Shown here: piece by piece, positions 12,373 to 23,386 of the stretch | How the letters are laid out: the number at the start of each line of letters is the position of its first letter | Numbering within the stretch: the first letter of the stretch is position 1 | Assembly: GCA_030704615.1 (NCBI GenBank) | Contig: CM060731.1 | Location: forward strand, 87,668,001 to 87,732,000 | Direction of reading: 5' to 3' | Length of the DNA: 64,000 nt | From: Takakia lepidozioides | Taxonomy: Eukaryota > Plantae > Bryophyta | Notes under the pieces: generated by a model | The model's input: only the letters and a program-made list of their open reading frames with translations | The model's database searches: none | What the model was told of the DNA's origin: nothing | Position numbers and translations under genes: made by a program

Positions 12373-15300
12373 AGAGTGACGACGAGCCCGGCACGCTGGT
12401 GGTATCATCGACAGCTCCAACTCATCGCATGTTTGAATCGCCCAACTTGGGGCGAGAGGGCAAACTTAAACCTTTTGTTGGTGGACGGGAGGACTTGCAA
12501 CGAGATTACGACAGAGTAGGCATTGGGGAGGTTGGTGCAGGCGGCATGGCAGGTGAAGGGCGTGAGGACATGAGGACAGCAGATCCGGCAATGGAGGTTG
12601 TTCATGCACATGTAGTAGGGCCCGCCCACGCAAAGAAAAAGAAGAAAGCTAAGCACATGCAATCCCCGGCGAGAGAGCAGTCACGGGTTGCGGAGGGGGG
12701 AGTGAGCAGTGCGCGCGAGGGTTTCAGTTCGCCTCAATCAAAGGTGGTCGTCCTGGAGGGCTCCCCTGCTGCTAGCCCTAGTAAGAAACAGAAAGCCCGT
12801 GAGAGGGCAAAAGAGAGGGCAAAAGAACAGACGAGACAGAATGCTAGCCAGGAGGAAAGACCAAAGGCAGCTGAAGAGGCCAGGGGTGCCCAAATGACAG
12901 ATGCCAATGTAAGCGAGGGACCCACAGAGACGGTGGATCCCTACAAGACACCACAGAGAGGCAGTAGCACACCGGTTAGACCATCGCGGGCAAGAGCAGC
13001 CCCCGCAATTACCCATACGGTGGAGAGTGGAGGAGAGGAAAGAACACCTGAAAGAGCACGGATTGTGCAAGTTCGAGGTGAAGCCAGGGAGAGGGCAGTA
13101 GAGACGACAAGAGTGCTGGAGGTTGTTTCGCAGGTGGCTGACCCTGTTGAGGAGGACGACATGGAGGTTTCTGACCAGGATGACATCCTCCCGGACATCC
13201 CCAGGCCCCAAACCCGGAGCATACAGGCTGGATTTGGCGGTCCTGGTGGGCTGCCGGAAAACCCTCTGCAGCAGACGTCATGTCTGAGGCGGATATGAAG
13301 TTGGCCGCTGCCAAGATGTTGGAGGCAACCCACAGCAACATTGGCAGGGTGCTGGGGGGCATGGTGTACCCGGCCAAGCTTCGAATTCCCTTTGCCGCTT
13401 GGTGTCATTGCAGGTGGTGAGACCTGCCCTGCCATGCGATATCGACAAGCTGAAATTCTCTTTCCGGGATGGATATCGAATGGGGTCTGCCGCCTTTTAC
13501 GTTTCCATTGAGAACGACCACGGAGCTTCCCGTGCCCACACTTCCGATGAGGTGGACAAATGGGGTCCCCATTGGCAAACGCGAAATGAGGAGTTCGAGA
13601 GATCGATTGCTAGTGATCCTCTTTTCCAGCACATGTCCGGTAAGATGTTCTACGTGTGGGACGGCAATCATCGCCTCCTGGCATGGATGGAGCACATTGC
13701 CCAAGCCCACCCCAACGATCTCGATTGGCATTTCGCCGTCGATTGTGTTGTGCTGAAGGTTGCGGGGCCCAAAGATCGCAGTCTTCTCAAAGCTGCAATG
13801 GCCGACATCAACTCGTAAGCTACAACCCCTCTCGCTTTTGGACTTTGAATTTGGAAGTCATTTCATTGCGAATCCTCATATATGATGAAAATTCCCATTT
13901 CAGTATTGTTTGATGGAAATGTGGCACTGGAGGGTGACTGAGAATGCCTTCATTGCCACGAACTTGTCCCATATGCTCTTCCGAGTGAAGGATGTCGGGA
14001 AGCAGGGGGTGCAAGAGTTTGCCAATTCCCTCAGTGCCGACCTCCTGCGCAAGTCGGAGGCAAAGGCAGACAGAACCTGGTATAGGCTGAGCGTCGACGC
14101 CATGGTGGACTACATATTTCGGGTAAAGCTCCTCACAGTTTTGTTGAGCTAATTTGTCTCTCCTCCCCCAATAGAAGAAATTGTGTTGAGCAGGATCTCT
14201 AATCTTATGTGCGCCTTTTCGACAGACGAAAATACAGCAGGATTTGGCACATGCGCGGAGGTTCTACATGGAGTCAGAGGAGAAGAATCCAACCCTCCCG
14301 GAACTCGAATCGTATGTCAAAGCTGCGGAGGTGAGGGCCCGCATAAAGTACAAGTCGCGGATGGTAAAGTACGTGGCCATAGCTGATCCCGCCCTTGGTG
14401 CCGACTTTCTGGTGGAGGTGGGGAAGCACTACTCTCGCGCTCTGAAGCCCACGATGACATTGGAGAAGCTCCATCGTCTAGCCACATCCTGTGTGGATGC
14501 AACAGAAAAGGTGATACATTCTTAACCAAATTGTGGTGGCAACAACTCCTTTTTGTGGTGTTTGGCGCTTACGAATATGCTGGGTGGTTGGACAGACCCG
14601 GTGGCTCCAAATCTGGAATGGTTCCCAAAGTACCAGGGACATGTGGAGCTTCCCCAAACCGGACAAACTCTCTGACCCCACATTCGACATGTGGATGAAC
14701 GCATGACATGGTGGTTTCAGGTACTTCCCCACGCTTCGTTTGGGGCTTGTACTCTAGTAGGGGGTGGATTCATTGTATTTTTGAGGAAAGCGATCTGATG
14801 GACAATCTCCACAGGTGACGACGAATGCGCAAGAGCAGCTGGACACACAAGCACATCAGTTCAAGATGGAGATATCTCCTGCAGCAGAGAGCCTACGTGA
14901 CTATGTGACGAGGTACTTTCTGCTCTACAAAACCAACCTATTCTTTCGGGAGATAGCAGATGCTCGCCGGAGCCACGAGTTCACCGACCAGCCGAACGCG
15001 GACAAAGCAGCAATGCGCCTTCTGTACAGGTACATACGCGCTGCCTTTCTTTCAAGTCCTGGCATTGCAGGATGTTAGAGGCCTCAAGTGGTGTTAGGGA
15101 AAATGGCGCCGAATTTCCAGTCAGGGCTCCGAAAATGGCTAAGTCCCTAGACTGGCTGGCCCGGAACTGGAAATTCGGCGCCATTTTCCAGTTCCAGGCC
15201 CTATTGCCGTTCAGGGACTTACCCATTTTCGGCCCAAGTCCCTAGACTGGCTGGCCCTGAAGTGGAAATTCGGCGCCATATTCCAGTTTTAGGCCCTATT

Positions 15301-17992
15301 GCCGTTCAGGGAGTTAGCCATTTTCGGCCTAAGTCCCTAGTGTGGCTGGCCCGGAACTGGAAATTCGGCGCCGTTTTCCAGTTCTAGGCCCTATTGCCGT
15401 CCAGGGAGTTAGCCATTTTCGGGCTAAGTCCCTAGACTGGCTGGCCCGGAACTGGAAATTCGGCGCCGTTTTCCAGTTCTAGGCCCTATTGCCGTCGAGG
15501 GACTTAGCCATTTTCGGGCTAAGTCCCTAGACTGGGTGGCCCTGAAGTGGAAATTCGGCGCCATATTCCAGTTGTAGGCCCTATTGCCGTTCAGAGACTT
15601 AGCCATTTTCGGACCTCATTGTGTTTTTCATGAATGCAGGTACTGTAAGTTCTCGCTTTTGGAGAAAGGTCATCTGTCTTTCGAGCCACCATTCTTCCTG
15701 GCATGGAGGAACCCTGGGGCTGACTCCATGTACACTGACGATATTGTGAAGGAGTGGCATCTGGAACATTTGCGTGATTGCCCTTGGTATGTGGACCTTC
15801 CGCCCGGCTCGCTCGACCCATCCGAGTTTCAATTGAAGCTGGATGCTGAATTCCGACGAAACCGGGCTCCGCTGCCTCCGTTGGGTGCAAAAGAGGCAAA
15901 AGCGCTTGCGAACTCCAGGAAAGCGGCAGAGCTTGCTCAGGCAGGAATTCAGGAGAAATTGCATGAGAAGAGTAAAGGTCAAAGGAAAAGGACAAGGAAA
16001 CAGGTGACTGCAGTAACACCCAAAAAGAAGAAAACCATCGGGGCATCAGAGGAGGCGCAGGAGGGGACCCAAGAGAGTGACTCCGACGCCGAATTTTGTT
16101 CAAGGTCCTGCGACTGCTGTTGCTCCTACCCAGTCACCGGTCGTCCGGGTTCCCAAGTCAGTTCGGAGTGGGACTGGCTCTGCCAAGAAGTTGGCATTTG
16201 AGGGCGAGCCTACACGGCGGTATTCGGCGGTGACGTTTACACACAGGCCAAAGCTAGAACCTCCAACCATCATCCAATGCGTCAATGAGAGCTTCCTTGA
16301 CGCTCTCGCTGCCAGGGCGAAGAAGGTGGCACACAACAAGTCTCTGGCGGAGCAGAAGGGGAAAGCCAAGAAGAGGGCTGCCGGTACAGAGCCTAAAGAC
16401 ACCCCTGGTTTTGAAGCCATGATGGAATTCTTCACGGCTGTGAGCACGAATTGCAAGAGCACTCGGGGGGGGGGTTGAGGTGGAGAGAGCTTGCGACATG
16501 ATTCTCCTCGACATTCCAGATGGGGAGCTGCTGGAGGGCCTGGATGGTGTGCCCACCTGGAACAGGTTTACTGAGGACTACTGGAAAGCCGGGTTTGGGC
16601 TGGCGGGGATGCTTCTGGATGACGGTGGATGTGTGGTTGTCCTTGCCACGAGAGGGAAGACCACAGAGAATGCGGTGGCAAGGTGGACACCGAAAAGTGT
16701 CACCCCGGTCCTCCTCAGAAAATGGTTCTGCATCAGTACGCAGGGGTTGCGAACAGAGGGCCAAAGTGTAAGTTATCAATCTATTGCATTCACTTCATAT
16801 TGTGGTGTATGTTAAGTAGACCCTGGAATTGATCCCTTCTTTGTTGGATGTGCAGACATTGGTGTTTGAGGCATATTGCTTTGTGAAGAGAGGGTCTACG
16901 TTCAAATTCCGCAACGACGGTCGTCTTGTTGATGCCGCTGTGGACCCTGTAACCTACGATGTCCTCTACAACTATGTGCCCCACTCTAGTATGCCGAAGG
17001 ACACAAAGACAGGCAAACCGTGGCGGTACAGCCGGACCCGGAGCCCTGCTTTCATCCAAATCCTCATGGAGACGTGCTCGGATGTCCAAGGGCGGATTCT
17101 GGACCTCACATGCGGCACGGGTAAGCCTTCACGTGCTCAGTTTGTCCCCTGGCCCCATTGCAATTGCATGCCGCAAGCTATTAACCGCCCGCTTTGTTCC
17201 TCAGGTGCTTCAATGTGGGCAGGGACGTTGTCCGACAGGCATGTGTTCGCCTTCGAGCCAGATACTGCCCTCCACAACTCGGAACTTGCAGCGGCTGAAC
17301 GTCTGCCGAAAGAGGAAGAGGCATCCTCGGAGGATGAGGAAAAATCCGAGAAGGAGCAGGGGGAGGAAGTTGGGATCGAGGCCGAGGAGCCCCCGGTTTA
17401 CGAGTGAGTGGTGGCATTGTAAGTTGCCTCCAGATTTTGTGAGGCACCTCCCTCCGCTCTCTTATTTCATTGAAAACCCTTTCTGGTTGTGCTGGTATTG
17501 ACATTCTTCAAGTGGATTTGTTCTTATTGTAGGATGCCAAGTACTGCCGGAGGGACGTCTACACCGGAGTTCATGGGCAGGAGGAACGTGCCTTTTTTTG
17601 CCAGGGGGGATTTCATGCCTAGTCCAGAAAGGGAGTACATCCTTCCTACTTATGCTGCCCGGCTTGCTTCGGTGTCCATTAGGAGGTGTTCCGAACGTAG
17701 TCGTGTACAGCAGATTTTAGACGAGGCAAGCCTCAAGAAAATGAAGATGAGGGAGGAGGCAGCAGCTATTAGAGCCCGTCGAGCTCGTAGATTTGTGTTG
17801 GATTCTGCTGAGGAAAGTGGGGGAGAAGACGCAGAAGATTCCCAGGAGGTGAGGTGGACAGTCCCCCAAGGAGAGGACGGGATTTTTGAGAGGCATAGTG
17901 GAACTGATGCATCACAGAGCTCGGAGGATGAGGGGGATGAGGGGGATGAGGAAGAAGGTGGGGCAAGTTCCTCGGAGGGTGTAGGAGAGTAG
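12373..17992 (+). pseudogene. Spliced MULE cargo gene, copy 1: low-complexity N-terminus, ParB/Srx-like domain, helical region, beta-class N4/N6 DNA methyltransferase-like domain, acidic tail
   Basis: ORF 13399-13818 has FYVWDGNHRLLAW (ParB/Srx GxxR patch). ORF 16480-16815 has DMILLDIPDG...YW...AGMLLDDGGCVVVL (motif IV-VI position). ORF 16829 has RSPAFIQILMETCS...GRILDLTCGTG, then intron 17121-17204, then ASMWAG...RHVFAFEPD (motifs X-I-II). Several GT-AG introns and frameshifts; start codon uncertain. Confidence 0.8.
15095..15612. repeat. 95-bp tandem repeat carrying the MULE-1 palindrome, inside an intron (about 15030-15639) of the ParB-MTase gene
   Basis: GGCGCC at 15105, 15177, 15272, 15367, 15462 and 15557. 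Flanking exons read MRLLYR and YCKFSLL. Confidence 0.93.
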
Positions 17993-18175
17993 TGCCCATT
18001 TCGGCTATGACAGTTAGAACACACTTGTATAGACGTGGCTTGCCACAAAATTTGCAATAAAATGTTGCATTTCAAGTCCACTGGTGCCACATTCCAACTT
18101 CACATGACCCTATTTCCGTGCCTCCTAACCCTATTTCCGTGGACTCACAATGGTCTGCTTATGCTTTTTTTTTTT

Positions 18176-18228
18176 CCGCTCATGCTCATGCCGCTCATGC
18201 TCATGCCGCTCATGAAATAGCAGCCCCC
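18176..18228. mobile_element. MULE-1 terminal inverted repeat (ParB-MTase side), followed by CATCTTATG (reverse complement of the TSD) at 18229-18237
   Basis: CCGCTCATGCTCATGCCGCTCATGAAATAGCAGCCCCC matches 4319-4364 and abuts minus-strand RT ending in ...TVAGHKM. Confidence 0.88.
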
Positions 18229-21200
18229 CATCTTATGGCCTGCCACAGTGTCCAATACTGCTTCTGTGAATGGCAAAGGGAAAGGATCTTTCTTCGTACA
18301 AGCATTCAGCTTCTTGTAGTTCACACAAACTCTTAGTTTACCATTCTTCTTGGGAACTATCACAATGGGTGACAACCAAGTTGTATACTCTATTGGGTAT
18401 ATAAACTTAGCCTTAGCCAACTTCTTGATCTCTTCTCCAACCTTCTGTGCATAGTTGGGATTCATTCTGTACCTTGCCTGCTTGATTGGTACTGATCCTG
18501 GTTCCAGTTCAATCTTATGCTGACAGATTTCAGGTGGTATCCCTTTTAGATCCTCATAGCTCCAAGCAAATACATCTCTGTATTTGATGAACAAACTCTT
18601 AGCTTCTTCAAAGAATTCTGGCTCCAATTCAGCTCCTACCTTCACCATCCTTAGTTCCTCTTCAGTTCCTACATTCACTTCCCTCACCTGCTCATCAGCT
18701 GTGATCGTCCAACCAGTCACCACTTCATCCTGTAAACTCACAGTGGCTGGTTCCTCTAGGATTTCCATTTCTCCTTCTCTTTCTTCATAGAAATGTGATG
18801 GGTAACTGCTGGTTTCCTCTTCAATTGGTGTGGCTGACACTACACCACAGCAGATACTTCTTAAACAACTGAGGCCTTCCAGCCGCATCTCTGCAACCTG
18901 CTCCCATTCTGGGTGTGCCGCAAACAGGGTAGCTTCCTACTCCTCATCCAGTCCTCCTCTCCAGTCATACTCTCTGACCCCTCGAGGTCTTCTCGTAGCA
19001 GGTAATCTACTAGATTTCTTTGTGGTAATTTGTATCTCGTGCATCCCATTATGCACGGTTAGTAACTGAGAATTCCAGTCATGGAATACCCTGGCCTGTT
19101 TCAGCCACGGACGTCCCAATAATAAGGAGTAAGCCTCCATGACTTCATCCATCTTCAACACAGTTACTGTGATCATAAAGATCATCTTTTGTATCTGTAT
19201 CTTAACTCCTCTTATTAATCCCAATGGCTGTACACTCCTTTGATCTGCCATTGTTACTGTAAATGGGGCTGGTTTCATGTTACTTAGACCAAGCTTCTTT
19301 CTTAATTGGTCTGTCATGATATTTACTCCAGAGCCTCCATCTATCAGTACATCAGTTAGTTCTGTGCTTCCAATTTTCAATTGGATTACTGGCATAGAAT
19401 CATCAAAGTCCATGACTGTTTCTCGCCCTTCCGACTTCACATTATAACTGGTCACCTTGCTGTTCAGGTCTGTGTTTCCTGTCTCCTGAGCAATTCGATT
19501 GATTGCTTGATACAGCCTGTGTCTACAATAAGGTGCCACAGCCAATAGCTGTCCAATGGTAATCTCTACTTTGGTCTGGCATATTACTTCAGCCAAAGTC
19601 CCTTCATTACTTTGCATGTTTGCATCTTCTTTCTTCCTTTCATCCTCACTCACTTCTTCTTCTCCATCAGAATCAGAGGAATCTGTCACAGGAATATCAC
19701 TACTCTTCTGCATTTCCCTTATGGTATCTGCCACTTCCTTGTGCAGTTCCTTCTCATCTCTCCAAGCCTCATCATCTTCAGGCATATCACTGCCACCTTC
19801 ATTATCATCATCTTCCTCTTCTACTGGAGGTATTAGTTTGGCTTTGCTTCTTGTTACTATCATTGTACTTACTTCTGGTACAACACATGGCCTAACCATG
19901 TGAGCTGCCACCACGGGCCCTCATTCACAGGAGCTCTCATCTCATTCTGGTGTCTAATCTAGAATGAACAGGCTGCCTTGCGATGTCCTGGCTGATTACA
20001 ATAGTAACATAGTTCTTCACCATTGGGTCCTCGCCCTTGGTCTTCTCTTGGATTATTTCTGTAATCCTGATTCCCGGGCTGGTAATTCCCCCTTGGATTA
20101 CCCTGATAGTTGTCTCTGGAATTTCCTTGGTAATTCCCTCTTGAATTACCTCTCCCTTCCATGCCATTGTTATAACCACCAGACCTACCATAGTGGTCCT
20201 GATCATTGTTTCGTCTTGGCTGGGGCTGCACTTGATGCACCCTTACTTGCCTAGGTTCTCTTGCAGCTGTCCTTCTGTTGTAGTAACAATTCTCAGTAGA
20301 ATGGTTATCCATTTTACAGATAGTACAGTGTTTCTCCTTCATGTGGCATTCAGTGGTGGTATGGCCTTCATTCTGGCACTTTGCACACCAAACACCATTC
20401 CTCCAATGTGTTGCAGCCTCTGTGGCATACTTCTTCAAGATTTCTTCTAATCTTTTCTCATAGTTATCCCTCTTCAACTTCTCCTTTCTCTTACTCTTCC
20501 TTTTCAGTTCTTGCTCTTCTTCTTCATCTGACTCATCCTCAGAGTCCTCATCATCCCTTTTCTCTCTCCTGAGCATTCCCAATTGCTCAATTCTGTTTGC
20601 AGTTTCAAATGCCTCCTCCACTGTATTATGGGGTAACATATCCACTTTCTTCTGCAACTCTGGTCTTAGTCCACTCACAAACCAAGTCTTCTGTAAACCT
20701 GGTGCTGGTACAGCAGCCAGCTTTTTCATCATCAATTCCATCTTTTCCATATACTCCTCAACAATTTCATGCTTCCTTTGCTTTAACTGTTGTAAACTTC
20801 CATACACTTCATCCTCAATTTTACTTGTCCTGAACCTATTTCGGAATGCTGTATTCAAGCCATTCCAGGTTAGGAAATGATTATCAGGGAATCTTGCATA
20901 CCATTCACTTGCTTTCTTGATAAGTGAACAAGGAAACAATCTCATCTTGGCATCATCGCCATTCTCATTGTTCACTTCACTATACATATGTGCTCAAATT
21001 GGCTAATGTGTACATCGGGATCCCATTTTCCTGAATATATTGGAAAATGTGGTTTTGCCCGTGTTGGTTGTAACACCATCTGTGGCCCTACCTTCTGCCC
21101 ACTGACAGGTGCTGGCACCCTTGCTGGTGCTGGTGCTTCAGGACCTGTTGTTGTTGTGGTGGATCTTCCACCGAGTGGTGGCCCTTGAGCACTCCCTGCT

Positions 21201-21910
21201 ACTGGCCCCACGATATTCACAGTATTCCCCGCTCCAGTTGCACTACTTCCCACACTCCCTGTCCCCCCAGAGCCAGATCCAGGTAGCCCGCCTGATCCCC
21301 CTGAGCCGACACCTTCGTTGGCCTGTGATCCAAGTGCTCCACTTGATCCAGGTCCAACGGGTTGGGATGTCCTGGTTGTAGTCTCAACCTCAGCTGTTGG
21401 GTCTACTTCTTCATACTCTTCCTCTTCCAATTTCTTCTCTCTATTTTCATCCTCCAAGTTCTGCCCTTGGGTTTCTTCTTCACTCATGTAACTCAACTGC
21501 AATGGTGTTGGAGAGTCTGAACTCTCCGTTGGCTCTGCCACATCCTCTCCTCCTTCTTCACCTTCCGCTTCAGAAACTGGAGTTCCTGCTTTTGGTGTTC
21601 CATGCCAACTCTTATCAAAGATTTCTGTCAAATCTTTTATCCAGGGATGTACCTCAGATCTTTCACCTCGTGATTGATCTTCTTCCCGTACCAATTCCCT
21701 TAATCTTTCTTGCAAAGAAAAAGAAGGAGTGGCATCCAACTCTAGTTCTTCCGGTATGGGTGATGTACTCTCCGATCTTAATGGTGTGAGAGGTCCACAT
21801 GATTCCCCTATGTCTATTCCTCTCTCCCAAAGATATGGATAATTAGCTTTCAGATAGCTTTCTCTTTTTGCTAAATATCTCTGGCGTCTAGCTTCTCTTT
21901 CATCACTCAT
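18229..21910 (-). mobile_element. Ty3/Gypsy gag, protease and RT 5' half (same element as 4365-9965)
   Basis: Retrotrans-gag block RLFPCSL...ASEWY; three CCHC knuckles (CAKCQNEGHTTTEC, CTICKMDNHSTENC, CYYCNQPGHRKAAC); protease VLIDGGSGVNIM; RT N-terminus WLSPIVIVPKKNGKLRVCVNYKKLN...DPFPLP. Frameshifted. Confidence 0.95.
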
Positions 21911-21931
21911 GTCCCATGTCTTTCATTTCTT

Positions 21932-22499
21932 TTAATGTGGCAATAACCAAAACTCTCTTCTGTAATATCTCTCGTATATGCCTGGGTTTCTTTCAAGCTT
22001 CAATGCACCCTTGGCTATACTAGAAGTCTCCGTTACCATATAACCATATGGCAAACAAGTCTGGAAAGCTGTTCTTGGTATGAGTTTGATCCACAAAATA
22101 TCCTTTGGAATCCAATTCTTTACCAGTACAAGCTCTTCATGCATATGAGTATAAACATTCACCTTTCTTTCCTCCCAGCCTTCAAACTCTACTCGCTTAA
22201 TAGATAGCAATGCTATCACATAAACCAGTGTTGGTAACCAACGTGCTCTTCCTCTACAGGCCACCTGATAAATCTTTATCACTCCTTTTGCCAGACCCCA
22301 TTCAGGGTCAGCATCATGCACTCTCTTAAGAATGTTTTCTTTACAACCGTCTGGCAATTCCAAGAACCTCTGAAAGAATCGTTTGGACCATCTTTCCTTC
22401 TCAGTTTCACAAGGAATTTGATTCACATCAAATTCTTTAATTCTCCAACCACCATGATCCCACCAGATGCCTGTCACATCTGGTTGTTCATGACCCAGT
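21932..22499 (-). CDS. Putative extra 5' ORF between the PBS and gag of the Gypsy element, function unknown
   Basis: Open frame (part of ORF 21932-22627) ending 21 nt before the gag ATG; no recognisable motif. Confidence 0.35.
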
Positions 22500-22517
22500 T
22501 CCCCAGTATGGTCGCCA
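22500..22517 (-). promoter_or_regulatory. Primer-binding site TGGCGACCATACTGGGGA
   Basis: Starts TGG, 2 nt after an LTR-type ...CA end; resembles the TGGCGAC...CTGGGGA PBS type of non-chromovirus plant Gypsy elements. Confidence 0.7.
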
Positions 22518-22519
22518 AA

Positions 22520-23386
22520 TGTCGCGCGGCTTTTACTCACCCATCCCTTCGCTATCCGAGGCGGAAACTCCAAGATAGAAGAGTTGGAAATCTCTAAGCA
22601 CTCAGCCCGCTCAGAACAATCAGTCATGACCTACAGCTAGTGTATCATGGGGGTGTTTCCTATTTGTTTTCCTTCCCGCATTCATGTTAGCTAGTTACCT
22701 TACTGTTGGTAATTAAGTATCAGTTTGCTTCAGCAATCTATCGGATTCCATCAACTCATCCATTCATTCCACAGCTTCACTCAGATCTCTCTACACAATG
22801 TGAGTATGAAGTATGTATCAGATTAATATCTATCAAGTATCAGGCTGAAGCCATGGAGTCTCTAATCTGCTCTACATTACAACTCTACTGCTTGCATTCA
22901 TCAAGCATCAACAGATCGTCCTCCTCCTATTCCGTGCTCTCCCTCTTTCTGCTCAGAGATGCGCTCTCTGCCTCATTTCCCCCCAGTGATGTCCGAAGTC
23001 CCCCCAAGAAGTGATCCTTTTCCAGTCATTGCTCCTCGCTTTATCTTCCTACCCGTTGTTCTAATCGTTTCCCTCACTAACCGTCATCCGTGAACTAACA
23101 TGTTCCATTCGCAGATGTTGTTCCCCACAGTCATTCCCTGTCCTGCTATCCGTTCCCTATGGTCGTGACAGCTGTGTCAAGCTGTGACTGGCTGTGCGAC
23201 TGTGTTGGGCTGTGTCGGCTGTGTCGGCTGTGTCGGACTGTGACGGGCTGTGTTGGCTGTGTAAACCCCCCCCCCCCCCCCCCCCTAAAGTGCGCTGCTG
23301 TCACCCCTAAGGCTCCTGTTGGTCTCAGTCTGTGCAAAAATTAAGGGTACCCCACAGATCCCGTAAAAGTGTCTAAGTCCCAGACA
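22520..23386 (-). mobile_element. Gypsy 5' LTR (TG...CA, about 867 bp), inserted in the CACTA transposase
   Basis: Minus strand starts TGTCTGGGAC where CACTA homology stops and ends GCGCGACA before the PBS. The 3' LTR is not in the window, so the boundaries are unconfirmed. Confidence 0.65.

Noticed and set aside
12373-17992. Bacterial contamination, a parABS partition locus or a restriction-modification system
   Set aside because: The gene has GT-AG introns at positions shared with copy 2 and lies between TIRs with a TSD in plant retrotransposon DNA; no ParA ATPase or restriction nuclease is seen.
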